Source: Octopus vulgaris (lineage: Eukaryota). Taken from it: a DNA stretch of 64,000 nt. The stretch covers positions 220,844,001 through 220,908,000 of the forward strand of contig OX597814.1 of NCBI GenBank assembly GCA_951406725.2, given 5' to 3'. Below, piece by piece: positions 27,054 to 40,939 of this stretch. The position numbers were made by a program, and so were the translations under genes. The notes below the pieces were generated by a model that saw only the letters and a program-made list of their open reading frames with translations, was not told where the DNA came from and searched no databases. Each line of letters opens with the position of its first letter. The stretch's first letter is position 1.

Positions 27054-27270
27054 GGCGGTGAGCTGGTAGCGTCATTAGTAGGTCGGGCAAAATGCTTAGG
27101 GACATTTCGTCTGTCTTTTAGGTTCTGAGTTCGAATTCTACCGAGGTCAACTTTGTCTTTCATACTTTCAGGATCAATGAAATAAATACCAGTTGCGCAC
27201 TGGGGTCGATGTAATCGACTAGCTTCTCTCCCCTAATATTTAGACCTTGTGCCTATAACAGAAACGAATA
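27054..27270 (+). mobile_element. SINE family B
   Basis: Head, core and tail all match family B. Confidence 0.85.
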
Positions 27271-27844
27271 GTTCAGCAAACACGTTCTGTAGTGCAAGAA
27301 TTGTTACAAAGTAAGATCACCCCATACATAAGTTATCGCTTTTCCACTGTTCTTTCAATCTACTCGTTTACGACGCAGTTCCAAATAATTCATTATTTAT
27401 ATGAATATTTGTCTAGTCCTTTTTTTAAAGCAAAATACCACACGAGGAATCATCCTGATGTCATGTGTTATACCAATTTGTTTTGTTGCTGGGACTGTAT
27501 GATCCCTTAAGAATTTATTTTCATGGTGAGCATCATGAGCTTTCTCGTCGTTCAGTTTTTAGTGACTTTATATAAAAGTGTCTGTTTATCGGACTTCTCC
27601 TTTTCAAGCAGTTTTCTATTCAACCCAGCGTGACAGGTGGTTACAGAAAGATTCTGTTTCTTCTTTTCTTTCACTCCGTCTGAAGAAAGATATAGTTCTC
27701 GAGACAGAACTGGCTGTAACATACAAATTGCTAAGAAGTACGATAACGCTTATTCATTTATATTATGTATGGAAAGATAAATTTTTCAATTTTTCCTTTT
27801 ACTCTTTAGGCTTAAGACAACGTCAAATTTTTCATACCATATGA

Positions 27845-28514
27845 ATACTAACCCCGTTGCGGGTGAGGATGTCGAAGTTGGTGAATGCCTCACTTATCTC
27901 GGCAGTGAGATTCATAGCAGCATTACTGCAAGTCTGAAGTCCTAAAAAGACTTGGATGAGCTGGTGGAATTGTGGACTCATTGGACAAGAGTGTTTGGTG
28001 ATTCTGATGTCTGTACAGGAGGACAAAAATTCGGGTCTTTAGGTTTCTGGTTCTCCTTGTTTTGCTCTTTGGTTGTGAGGCTTGGACACTGTCCAGGGCC
28101 CTTAGAAGCCGTCTGTATTCTTCGGTACCCGGACACTTTGCAGGACTATGGATTACGATTGATCGGATTTCGTATCCAGCCAACGACTCTGCTCAGAAAC
28201 TGGGATGCGCCCTGTTAATTGTATGATTCGGGAGCACCAGTTCAGCCCATTTGGTCCGGTTGCTCGATATTCCGAGTTAGACCCTGCTTGCTGTGTTCTT
28301 TTCACTGAGTATCCGGCTGGGTTGACAGCACGTATTGGTTGACCACATACCACATGGTCACAGCAGATGAGAAGTTATCTCATAGAGATGAGGATTGACT
28401 GGGACTCCACTCGATGAGTCGTTCGGGAGGACCCGGGAAACATATCGATAAATGGTGAGTGCAGCCACTCACTGCAACGATGTATTTCTCCACATATGAC
28501 CTGACATGACCTGA
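27845..28514 (+). mobile_element. RTE-clade LINE 3' fragment with (TGACC)n-like tail
   Basis: EDVEVGECLTYLGSEI...TKIRVF...VLLFGCEAWTL...IREHQ...FGPVAR...PHTTW, ending in tgacctgacatgacctga. Confidence 0.85.
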
Positions 28515-28686
28515 TATGAATAGTGAATAATTTTTATATAAAGAATATTTCGTTAATTATGATGTATCATGTGGAGTGCAAGTGCACGGAAGTCTTATTA
28601 CCGGGTATATACATGCATTACCTACCTACCTACCTACCTACCTACCTACCTACCTACCTAAATACATACATACATACATACATACG

Positions 28687-28735
<49 letters not shown>

Positions 28736-29264
28736 GCATACACATACATGTGTGTATGCGTGACTGTATTAAAATATGCATGCAAATACATATATATGCG
28801 TGCGAGCTAAGTGAATATATAGACTCGTACTACTACACGCAGTAGTTTCTGGTATATGGGTATATGTATGCGTGTTACATATAACACCCTTTAGATTACA
28901 ACGTTCTTCATAATACGTGAACTTTGCTTTTGAGCGAAAACCCGTTTTTACGTTTTGTATCGCACGTATTACATGCGATTCAAAACTTAAACTTTTTCAT
29001 CTGTGCATCACACGTCGAGATATCTCACATATATTAATCATGAAATGCTATTAAACTATCTACGCTGTTAATTTTCACTTTATTTCTTAATTTCTCTTTC
29101 TGAAATATTTGCACTGACAGAAAGTGACAAAGAAGAGAAGCAATATATCGTTTTACTAAAGTTTTTAGAGCAAACACTTTCATGAAGCGGAAAGAAGACG
29201 AACCAAAGTAAACATCTCTACATAGTTGCTCGGATTGCTAGAAAGTGTGGCGAAATCACCCTAA

Positions 29265-30463
29265 TGTTTTACAAAAGGAAGGACACATTGCAAAATTTAG
29301 TCCTAGATACACTATGCTAGAATAAAACAATAGGCAATAAAGTCATGGTTGAAATGTCCCTCTCTATAATTGTTCTCGATCAACACTGGCTTGCAGTTAA
29401 ATAATGTTTTATATTATAGGCACAACGCCTGAAATTTTATGGGAAGGGAGCCAGTGAGTTACATCGACCCCAGTTTCAACTGGTATTCATTTTATCGACC
29501 CAGACAAGATGAAAGTCAAAGTCCACCCCGGCGGAATTTAAACTCAGAACGTAAAGGCGGACGAAATGTCACTAAGCATTTTGCTCCGTGTGCGAATGAT
29601 TTTCACAGCTCGCCGCAGTTAATGATTTCAAATTTTAGCACAAGACCGACAGTTTTATGGTAAGTGGGATAATCGATTACACCGATCCCAGTGTTCAACT
29701 GGTACTTATTTTATCGATCCCAAAAGGACCACAAGCAAAATCGGTGGAATTTGAACTCAGAACGTGAAGGCAGATAAAATGCCAGTATGCATTTTGCCTG
29801 GTGTGCTAACGATTCTGCTAACTCGCCGTAGTTGAATAATATCTACAGGAAAAAATTAATCTGCAGTCATCTATTTTAAATTATCTTATTTCTCTTCTAT
29901 TTGAAGACAAAGTGGAACCTCAGCATGGACATTCGGCCACCAAGAAATGGCAGCTAAAAATACAAATGACAGCCTGGTGTGTTTGAAAAGTAAGTTGAAA
30001 TGTATTTGATCATAAGGCTACTCGCTCAAGGTTGATATCAGGTTAACCAATAATACCAACATCAATAATAGCAGCAGTAGCCACGGCAGAGCTACACACA
30101 CACACACACACACAACTCCCACACACATATACACGCGCAGGAGCAAAATGCTTAGTGACATTTCGTCCGCCTTTACGTTCTGAGTTCAAATTCCGCCGGG
30201 GTGGACTTTGACTTTCATCTTGTCGGGGTCGATAAAATGAATACCAGTTGAACACTGGGGTCGATGTAACTCACTGGCTCCCTTCCCATAAAATTTCAGG
30301 CGTTGTGTCTATAATATAAAACATTATTTAACTGCAAGCCAGTGTTGATCGAGAACAATTATAGAGAGGGACATTTCAACCATGACTTTATCGCCTATTG
30401 TTTTATTCTAGCATAGTGTATCTAGGACTAAATTTTGCAATGTGTCCTTCCTTTTGTAAAACA
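29265..30463. repeat. Long inverted repeat, arms 29265-29587 and 30140-30463
   Basis: The arms are reverse complements with about 4 substitutions and 1 indel, and include both unique DNA and part of a family B SINE. Confidence 0.95.
29415..29830 (-). mobile_element. Two tandem family B SINEs
   Basis: Both match family B in reverse orientation. Confidence 0.8.
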
Positions 30464-30506
30464 CACCAGCATCGGTTGTCAAGCAATGCTAGGGGAACAA
30501 ACACAG

Positions 30507-30540
<34 letters not shown>

Positions 30541-30695
30541 ATATATACGACAGGCTTCTTTCAGTTTCCGTCTACCAAATCCACTCACAAAGCATTGGTC
30601 GGCCCGAAGCTATGGCAGAAGACACTTGCCCAAGATGCCACGCATTGGGACTGAACCCGGAACCATGTGGTTGGTTAGCAAGCTACTTACCACAG
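30458..30695 (-). mobile_element. SINE family A, 3' part missing (replaced by the inverted duplication)
   Basis: Similarity starts abruptly at aaacacaccagcatcgg. Confidence 0.85.
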
Positions 30696-30897
30696 AAGAA
30701 AAAGAAGGAAAGGAAGAAAAGGGAGAGAAAGAAGAAAAAGTTGTCTTGTTGATCTCTTTGTAGCTGGTCAGGCTGTTTACTCCAAGGAGGGGGGTAATGT
30801 CACTTATCAGAAAATTGTCTGGATTTCTTTTTTATCGTTGTCTTGTGTGAGAGAGAGAGTGTGTGTGTGTGTTTGTATCTGAAAGAGTTATTAAAGA

Positions 30898-30935
<38 letters not shown>

Positions 30936-33741
30936 ATGTGTACGACGAGCAAAAGAGAACGATAGAGTAAGTACCAGACTCAAGGAAGGAAAAAAAATTC
31001 TTCAAGGTGGTGCTGCAGCATGGCCGCAGCCTAATGACTGAATCAAGTAAAAGCTATAAGGTAAAAGGTTCTAGAAGACCAGAAAGACTGCCAAGTCTCT
31101 CACTTTCTCTTGTTCTCTGTATGACTGTCTGATGTCTGACTTGTCTGATGTTTAACAACTATTTTACAGCTTTCTCTACTGGAGTCTATTGAATCGTCTC
31201 GGCTATTATTATTTTCCACGAAATTTTGTGTCCTAGTCCAAATATATATATATATATATATATATTTATAAATGAATAAATAAATGAAAAATCAATAACA
31301 CCGAAAAATGATAACTTTCCTCTTCTATCGAGTTACATTCAAAATGTTTCAACATAATACAATAAATTTGCTGTATTATTTCATTATTGGAAATAAATTT
31401 AAATTTATTTAATCTATGCTATTTGTTTCGATTTTGAGTAATAGGCTCGGACATCTCCTAACCTCTACACATCCCCACTCACATCACCCTCATTATTTTA
31501 TTTTTTATTTCTGATTAAGTATAGCGTGAGCTAGCACAATGAACGAGGAAAAAAACAACAACAAAAACACTGCATATATATATATACATATATACGATTG
31601 TGTCTGTATGTATATGTGCATATATGTGTGTGTGTGTGTGCATATGTTTTTACGAATGTATATGTATGTGAATGTTTGTATATATGAATGTATGTATAGA
31701 AATTTCGTATGTACATATAAGTTTGCACGCAGTGAAAGCCGCTTATTATAATCACGGGTAATGTTATGAAACAATTATTTTCAGAAGTAATGGATCTCAA
31801 ACACGCTCAGGTGGTATAGACTTTGTCCAATGTTATCAACCAGCTTTTAAGAGCCTGCATGAAATAAATAAACCTGTTAGAAACAGCAGCCAAATCTCTC
31901 TCGGATGAAAACCTACTGATTACAATGAAAGATGGGATGATTGTAGCCTTCGATTATTGATCGAATCCACAAAGCTATTCTGAGTGCTAAACTACAAAAT
32001 CAACGAGAACTACAACATTTTCTTTTGCCAAGAAATTCGGTAAAGTAAGTTATTGAATTTCGTAACTTTAAATACATAGTCACTTTACCAACTCATCAAT
32101 GAGCACTATTTTGCTTGTGATAGCTTAGCTTTCAAATGTTTCATTTGCAACCGCACCACAGCAGGTATAGTGTACTGCTGCTATTTACACTATTGAAGCA
32201 GAAACGATGAAAAGGCCTGACTTTGCCGAAATTTGTGCATAACAGCTAAATGGATAAAATTGATTACAGTAATGCTTTTAGTGAAGCACATTGTTGTTTC
32301 AATCATCTCCATCACCCTTCAAATTTAATAAAAATAGAACGTGACGAACATATAAAACTTGCCAAAATGTTCCCCTTTTATAATGTACTCTAGTAATCCT
32401 CTGCAGGGAAACTGTATTCCAAGTAAACGTCAAATCATATCGAAAGAAAGTAGAAACCCTATCTTAATCATAAATTTAGTTGACGTTTGTTTGCAGCTAA
32501 ATTTGTCGGAATTGAATTTGAAGTCTGTTAGTACGGGTCTGATAACTACACTAGCATGAATTTTCTGTATCAATAATGATACTTCATTGAATTTTGAACA
32601 CACCATCTATGGATCAGTACACTAATAAATAACATTAACTGCTATTATGTTTGGAAAGAATTTCGTTTGAATGATTGCTTATTCACATTAACCACGTGAT
32701 TGCCCGAACAGTCTATTGTAGTTGAGCATCAATTGTTCGAAGCTCGTATTCGTTCAGTATCTTCTGAATGTGTGCTATTAACAAGAACAGAGATTAACCA
32801 GTTCTTCATTGCTGACACTAGATAATTTTCCTTCTAATATTATTCAAAGAATTATAATAGAAAAGGAAGTTCAAATGTATGTATAAAAGAGAAAGCACTG
32901 TTTGAGTAGATGTCTTTGCAGAACAATGCTGCTGAACATTGTAACACCCTCTTCGTAGTGATGATTAAAAAAAAGAAACAAAAAGCAACAAAATAACGCT
33001 GAAGAAAAACAAAACCCAAATCATTGTAAAATTTTAGCCACGAAAAGCGTTAAGTGTTTTTACATATTGGCCTCTAACGAAGATTAGAACTTCCCAGTTT
33101 CTGTGATTGCTTTCTTAAAGGGAGTTGGGATAAGATTACCATTATTTTAGTTTATTGTTTGCGTTTTTTTTTATCCTTAACGATATCATTCATATTTTGT
33201 TCTATATAGGAATATAGCGTGTGTGTTTGTGTGCATGTGACCGTGCGTGCACGTGCGTGTGTGTGTGTGTATTGTGATGCGTGTATGTAAGTAGGTTTAT
33301 GTGTTTGAGCTAGTGTGTGTGCTCCTTTTTCAAGGCAACATCTTATGGGATATGAAAGATAATTTACAATGAAGATAACAGCTTTTTGATCTGAAGCGCC
33401 ATTCATCAACACTGCACATAGGGATTCGCAGGGGGTGGAATGGCAGGATTAACCTATTCCCAAGAGTAATAGTAGCGCAACAATCATAAAAAAAACTCAC
33501 TTTCGAAAGCACGTGTATATAATAGATATAGTCTTCCACAAAAATATACATGTTCAGGCATAGTTATTTGCATATACCTGTAACTTGCAACCAAAGAGAT
33601 GAGTACATGCGCATGCGCGCGCACACACACACACACACACGCATGCAAGCATACATACATACCTCTCAATAGACATATCAGTAAAAGTATTTATTTTTAG
33701 CCTTGTTTATCGTTCTACATTCTTAAGTTCGGATTTCAAAG

Positions 33742-34672
33742 TAATCCAAAGGAAAGATGTTTCTTTTTAACTAATCACAAAAGCCTTTTATTTTAGGGGA
33801 ACGGAAATTGGAAAGCAATGAGGTTTATTATATATCCCAGAGGCATTTAACAATATTGCAATATTTGCAAAGTAAAATGATTGTAACTGGCAAAGGAAAC
33901 CACGTCACCGATTCGCCTCACAAAGAGCTGACTCCGCTGTCCATCAATCCGAAGAGAAGAATTTTTTTTTAGAAGCACAAATTTAATATCTTTCTATTGA
34001 ATCGATCCCGTGCATTAACGGCACTTATTTTATCAGTCCTTGAGAAGTAAAAGGCAAATGTTGATGATATCCTGCTTCATACCGTATGGAGGATAGAAAC
34101 TAAAGCTTGTAAGATATTTAACCCCCTCCCACTCTATAGATTTCGCTTCTACTTCCTCAAATGTAAAATTCACGGTACAAACGATCCGTGTTTGAAAGAA
34201 AGAAGGGTATGAAGCTATTATGTTTATGCTTTTCGCAGGGACATAATCGTGCCTCATCTCTCACTTAATCGTTCTCCTCCATCCAAGGCAAACTATTGGG
34301 TTCTGAAAGTGAAAAGAAGCCTTAGAAGAGCAATGTTAAATATTTTAAGGCATCTTGGTTGCTCATTTTGATCTGTCCTCAACCGTTTAAAGTACACAAT
34401 ATTGAATGGTAATCCGATCGAAAGATGTTTCTTTTTAACTAATTACAAAAAGCCTTCAATTTTAGAGAGTTGGAAAATAGAAAGTAGTAATGTTTATTAT
34501 ATCCCAAAGGCATATAACAGTGTTTGTAAAGTCAAATGACTTTAATTGGGAAAGGAAACCACGTCGCCAATTTGCCTCGCAGAGAGCTGACTCCGTAAGT
34601 GGCAGCGTATTAATTAATAAATCAGATTCAACTCTATTGTCTTTTGTATTGACCCCGCATTAACCCCACTTT
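33742..34672. repeat. Old direct duplication, ~33742-34030 and ~34409-34672
   Basis: gaaagatgtttctttttaactaat.acaaaagcctt...aaaggaaaccacgtc...gagctgactccg occurs twice, about 670 bp apart. Confidence 0.85.
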
Positions 34673-35740
34673 ACCCTACGTAAAATGTTTTGATTATATA
34701 CAATTTTGAATGACGAACACTTAAAAAGTATCGATCTATTTCACGGAAGTCATCGATTCATATTGTTTCATTCAAAGTTATCAGTATCAGAAAACAGAAA
34801 ATTAACAACAAGAAATAAATAGCAGTCATAAAGGTGTGACTCGAATTTCTTTTTAAAATATTCTATTACGTTACATTTAATTTAGTTGTCATGTTATTTC
34901 AGTTAAAGTTAAACATTTCACCACACCTACTCGATACTGTGAGAACATTTGCTTTTTGCTTTTTGTTTCCTTGTTTGCTTCAGGCCTTAAATAATAGTTT
35001 AAACATTCTTCGATTAAATCTTTTGATTTACAGATGTGTTTGGAGTGAAAGAATTTAAAAAGATAGAAATACATGTAAGTGTAATCTTTAGATTTTTAGA
35101 TACTTCTTCCTTTCCCACTTTTTTTTTTTTTGCCAAAATATCATAAATTCATACCTAAGGAGATAGAAATAGTTTCTTCCTTAAAACCGACATCCTTCTC
35201 TAAAGACTCTAAAGACTCTAAAGATAGTAACAATGTGTGAAGGAACCCTGATATTCTGATATCTCTAGTCTTAATGCAATTAATCGCAAGACTTGCAGCT
35301 GGCCGAATCACTAGAGTAAGAAGTGTTGCTGTTTTAGACACTTAAATCTTAACGGCCCAGATTTATCAACTAAAAATAGATAACACCAAGGAGAAGAACA
35401 GTTTGAAAGATAAATATAGTGAGGTTATAGAATTGACAGCTATTATGAATGGTGGGCTTCTATCTAGTTAATAAAAAAATTATGAAAATAACACTTTTGT
35501 AAGACGGTCGATTAGCAGGAGTGGTAGAGCGTTGTTTAAATACAATATTTGTTTCGGCACCCATTTGTCACATGCTTGACGAAATTCGTGTCTCGAGATA
35601 TAAGAAACACAATCTAAATCGATGCGAAACTGGCACCGAAACAGCAATAACTCACGTGACAAATGGGTACCCGTAATTGTCAATCCCCAAGAAAGGTGAA
35701 ACGCATCTAACATTCCTGCGATGACATTTGTTTCACTTAA

Positions 35741-35960
35741 GGCGGGCGAGCTGGCAGAAACGTTAGCGCGCCGGGCGAAATGCTTAGCCGTATTTCGTCT
35801 GCCGTTACGTTCTGAGTTCAAATTCCGCCGAGGTCGACTTTGCCTTTCATCCTTTCGGGGTACCAATTTCGCACTGGGGTCGATGTAATCGACTTGATCC
35901 GTTTGTGTGTCCTTGTTTGTTCCCTCTGTGTGTAGCACCTTGTGGGCAGTAAAGAAATAG
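35741..35960 (+). mobile_element. SINE family B with linker-type tail
   Basis: Matches the units at 53914 and 61876. Confidence 0.85.
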
Positions 35961-36199
35961 ATATTTGTTTCACTTCGATATACATATTGTGCTTTTAATA
36001 TAACATGTGCACGAAGACATTTTTTTCTCAGACAAAGACCACAGCAGCAAGCCTTTCGACGCTGTATATAAATTTAGCATCATACATAGATGGCAATAAC
36101 ATATGTATGTGTGTGTGTGTGACGAGTGTCTTGTACACACACACACACACACACACATGCACTTTTATATATCTAATCCACATATAAATGAATACATAT

Positions 36200-36478
36200 G
36201 AGGGTGCATGGCCTAGTGGTTAGGATGCTATACTCACGGTCGCGAGATCGTGGTTTCAATCCTTAGACCGGGTGGTGCGTAATGTTCTTGAGTGAAGGAC
36301 TTCATCTCACGCTGCTCAGCAATGGCTTCAGCACCTGGTGTATGGTACATGGTGCACCTGTTCAGCCAACGTCGATTTGATGGAAGGAGTGAGCTAATGT
36401 ACAGCACATAGATCTCATCACTGAAAGCAAATCATTTGAGCTGGTTTTTCCCGCAAGAAATTGCAGAACCATCTCTCT
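36200..36478 (+). mobile_element. tRNA-derived CORE-like SINE with a distinct tail
   Basis: gagggtgcatggcctagtggttagg...ggtttcaatcc...tgttcttgag. Confidence 0.6.
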
Positions 36479-36497
36479 TAGACTACGGGAGACGGCC

Positions 36498-37059
36498 ATC
36501 ATATATATATATTACATAATATCCGTTCTGTCTGTCTGTGTGTGTGTTTTCTAGGATCTCGGTGATCCTCCATCCGATTGCGCTCAAATTTGATATGTAG
36601 ATACCGACGGTATCAGGGCGTGTATAAGTCTTGAAAAAATTACAAAAATCGATTCCAGGTGAGAATGCGATCAATAAAGCTGTTTTGGTCCGGTTTTCTT
36701 CTGTCAACCTGTACATAACTGCACCTTCCATTTTTTGTTGTTTTTGTGCTGCTTAAAGGCAGGTTTCTTTCCTGCCAAGCTTACTGTTTAAACCATGTTT
36801 GTGTTCTCCCAGTCAACAGCCTTATCATTACTGGTATTTTAAACTCTTCGCTTGCATATTTGTGTGAATAAAATCGTTTTTCTTTGGAATCGAAAAAAGT
36901 CTATCTTCATTTCTTCTTTTGCTGGTGTCTCAAATTTAGGTTAAATTAGTGTTTCTCAAAGGGAAGGCCTATGGGACGGTCGGACAAGTTGTTTTGAGAA
37001 AATTTGGTTTAAATGTTTGACAACTCTGCATCGTCCATTGGACGGGGGGTGTTTTGCTC

Positions 37060-37061
<2 letters not shown>
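36498..37061 (+). mobile_element. Non-autonomous Helitron-like element
   Basis: (CTGT)n near the 5' end, and a 3' hairpin cgtcca-t-tggacg followed by CTCG|T. Confidence 0.5.
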
Positions 37062-37131
<70 letters not shown>

Positions 37132-37335
37132 ATGTATAAACACACACATACGTATGATATTGACGTTATAAGAATTTATAAACTTTTGAGAAAACATGGA
37201 ATAATTCTCTTTAGGAATCGGAGCTCGAAAGTAGACATAATTCAATCCAATATTTAGAGGCTGTTATTTATAGTTTTATATGTATTTCGAGACACAATTC
37301 AATAACAGGTACACACACACACACACACACACATA

Positions 37336-37659
37336 GTGAAGGCACGTGGCTTAGTGGTTAGGGTATTCGGCTTACGATCGACAATCATAAGTTCAGTTGC
37401 CGGCGACGCGTTGTGTCCTTGAACAAGACACTTTATTTCACGTTGCTCCAGTGGACTCAGCTGACAAAAAGGAGTAGTACCTGTATTTCAAAGGACCAGT
37501 TTTGTCACACTCTGTGTCACGCTGGATCTTCCCGAGAACTACGCCAAGGGTACACGTGTTTGTGAAGTGCTCAGCCACCTGCACGTTAATTTCACGAACA
37601 GGCCGTTCCGTTGTTCAAATCAACGCGAAACCTATTCGTCGTATCCGACGGAGTGCCAC
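37336..37659 (+). mobile_element. SINE family D
   Basis: Matches the 20025 copy. Confidence 0.85.
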
Positions 37660-37671
37660 TTATTATATATA

Positions 37672-37877
37672 CCGTAATCCCTCGACTATCGCGGATACTA
37701 CGTTCCAAGACCTCCCACAGAAATAATCGAAAACTAAAAAAAAATATAAATACCTATCGGCCGCAGAAAACGGATTTACTGAAAATCCGCCATACAAATT
37801 TACAGATATTAGACCCCAAAAATCCGCGATGTACTGAGTGCGCGATAGGTGAACCGCGATATGGCGACGGATTGCTG
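37672..37877. mobile_element. pogo/Tigger-like MITE
   Basis: TA|ccgtaatccctcgactatcgcgg ... ccgcgatatggcgacggattgctg|TA, with imperfect TIRs. Confidence 0.7.
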
Positions 37878-38214
37878 TATGTTTTTATTAACATTACAAT
37901 GAATATGAATTTTCGTTTACCTTCGAATAAAGTAGCTAAGTTCCGACCGACATCTTTAGTGTTTGAGTTGCAGAGATATGATTACTCTGTACACGTTGTC
38001 GCAAGGGTATTGCTCCATTGGTGTCTGATAAAAAAAAATAATAAAGATTTAAAAAAAATAAAAAAGAATGCTGTATTCTTGTTAAATTTTCTAGAATTTT
38101 CACCTTGATACAAAATAACATAACTAAGATTAGCAGATTAGCATATGTATTAACTATATAAATCTATAAGTATAACAAAAGTTGACAGTACAATTCCTAA
38201 TATGCTTTGTAAAA

Positions 38215-38601
38215 TCTTTGTATATAAAAGTGAGGTTGTGTGCTGTCTGTCTCCTACGATTTAGATTCTTAACTACTCCCACATTTTGCGGTGCAGTTTA
38301 ACCAAAACCGGGTATCTTACAGTCGTGATTCATATCAAGCCCTTCTGGGTATTAGCGCGCGTCTACGATGAGTCTACGATTAAAAAAAAAAATTACCATA
38401 ATTTTTTTCCATTTTAATGCATTTTTTCGCTATTATATAAGGGAAGTAACTCTCTAAAAATGTCTACGAGTCAACGATTTAAAAAAAAATTTACCATCAT
38501 TTTTTTTCCATTTTTAATGCATTTTTTTGCTATAACTCTCTAAAAATGCTTATATAGTTATTTCCCTTACAAACCCGAGCAACGCCGGGCGATACTGCTA
38601 G
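38215..38601 (+). mobile_element. Non-autonomous Helitron, both ends intact
   Basis: A|TCTTTGTATATAAA 5' end, 3' hairpin cccgagcaacgccggg, CTAG|T, no TSD, and an internal ~100-bp duplication. Confidence 0.85.
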
Positions 38602-39814
38602 TGTACTATAAATCAGGATAATATTTCAAAAGATTAAGAGTGCTGCTTACCACACAGCCACTTCTGTGCCTCTTCATTTATTTTACGTCTATGTTACCGT
38701 TTCCCTATTCATCTATCATTTCGTCAAATGATGAAACGGTGTGGCTGTCTTGTTTTACCTTGTCCTGTGCACTTTACTTGTGGTCCGTACTTAATTTTTC
38801 TTCTGTTTTGATTGCAACGCTACGAAAAGGTTTCGTGCACATTTATTGTCTGTCTGTCTGTCAGCGACCATTGCATTCACTCAATTCTTCTTCTCTCTTT
38901 CTCTTCCTCTTTCCGTCTCGCGTTCTCTTTCTCACCTTCCTTTCTCGCTTACGTCTGTTCTCTCTCCTCCCTTTCCTTGTGCGATTCTAATCTTCCCACA
39001 ATGCCTGTCTGTCTTCCTGTGGTTCTAATTGTACTGTTTAGTTTGCCAGTTTTTCAATTCGGATCTTCTACTGGTCACTTCACTCTCCATTCTCTCTCGC
39101 TCTCTCTCTCTTTTTCTTCAAGAGCTAACGTCCAGTTACATACTCTCCTTTTCTCTCAACGTTATACTTCGTACAATCGCCTCCATTTTGTTTTCGGTGT
39201 TTTCTCTAGTCGAAATAATTCACTATTTAATATTCTTCGTCACGGTATCCCGTGTTCTGTTTGTTTTAGTCGTACACGCTAGTTTTTCGTTTAATGCTTT
39301 ATTTATTTTTCTGTATTTGTTGTCGTCTGCTCTTAGACGTCATCCCAAGCACATTAAAACGAGTGAACATCTCTGCTGTTTATGCACCAAATTTGCCTTG
39401 ACCTTCAGTCAACAGCTAATGATATGTTATGGTTATCTTGTTTGTATCTTGTCCTGCGAGTTTTACTTCGTGCTTCTCTCAAGAAGGCAACTTCTCTCTT
39501 CACCATGACTTGTTTTTTAGACCACATACATCACGTCTAGTAATCTCTTTTCCGTGGATTTTATCAGTCTCCTGACAACTATCTTTTCCATGGATCTTTC
39601 CAATGATTTTACTACCATCATCTCTCACTACCAAGCTTTTCCGATCTTCTACTTTTATTGAGTAATTTTTACCATCTTTGAGGTTTCCTCTCTTCACAAG
39701 ATTCATACATTTTCTCTCTTCTACATTTATAAATTTTAGTCTTTTACAAAAAATGTTATACCTTTACTTATATTTGCTATACACTTGCACACATCTCTTT
39801 CTATTTTTCTATCT

Positions 39815-39997
39815 TTTACTTATTTCTGTCATTTGACTGCGGCCATGCTGGGGCACCGCTTTGAAGGGTTTTAGTTGAACAAATCGAATCCAGAACTTCT
39901 ATTTTTTTAGGCCTACTATCTGCATTTCTGCCGCAACGCTAAGTTACGGGTTGCCAGGTAGTGGCGGGACACACACAGAGACTCAAAGCCACACACA

Positions 39998-40057
<60 letters not shown>

Positions 40058-40415
40058 AGATCGCTAGCCACTACACATTCCTTATTTTCTCACATTGGTT
40101 TATTTCTGTGTTCCTTTCTGCGGAAGAGCGTAGGCTCGAAACGTTAAAGATTTTTTCACTTCCCGAGCATTATACTAATATATTTGTTGGTTGTCTACAC
40201 CACCTGTCTTCGTCTTTTGTTTTTTTTTGTGTGAATTCTCCCTACATATACATATATGTGTGTGTGTGTGACAGGCTATTTTCTGTCTCCATCTACAAAA
40301 TCCACTCAAGGCTCGATGCTATAGCGGAAGACATTTTCCCAAGGTGCTACGCAGTGGGACTGAACTTGGAACCAAGTGGCTGGGAAGCAAGCTTCTTACC
40401 TCACAGCCACGCCCA
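39815..40415 (-). mobile_element. Diverged family A SINE with a pLTR-like insert in its internal TA tract
   Basis: SINE halves lie at 39815-40000 and 40260-40415, with the insert at 40060-40243. Confidence 0.75.
40114..40149 (+). ncRNA. Degenerate minimal hammerhead
   Basis: cttt-CTGCGGA-a-gagc-gtag-gctc-GAAACGTT-aaag. A related decayed motif lies at about 40772-40808 (CTGATGG-aagac-cagc-gtct-GAAATATC). Confidence 0.55.
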
Positions 40416-40939
40416 TCTGTAACGATTTTGCCTTCTGATTTGCTTCACCAATATCTTTATTCTCCTTCACACGCACATGTTCTTACCTGACACGCTTTCA
40501 CACAATCCACCAAGCAATTACATAAACATACCAACACTCACCCCCCACCCCCACAAACCAATACCGCTATACTTCCTTACTTTTTCCCATTTTATACACG
40601 CATATATACACCACACCAACACATCTCGCCTTTTATGTCTCCTTTCAGACACGGATGCACTCGTACACTTGGTCTTTTTCCCTTCTTGTATCCCACCTAA
40701 CAGCATAGCATTTCCGTCTGCTTTTTGTTTTTTTATTTTCTATTTTTTTCTCCCCTCCTTTATGCTCTCTTTCTTCTGATGGAAGACCAGCGTCTGAAAT
40801 ATCAAAAAACTTTCTCTCGCCATTAAATCGTTAAGCACTCACACTAATGTATATTTAGCGCTTCCAGAACTGAGTTTCGTCGATGTTAGCGAGTCCTTTC
40901 AACAACCACGTATCGGCAGTCATCCCAATATTCCATGAG

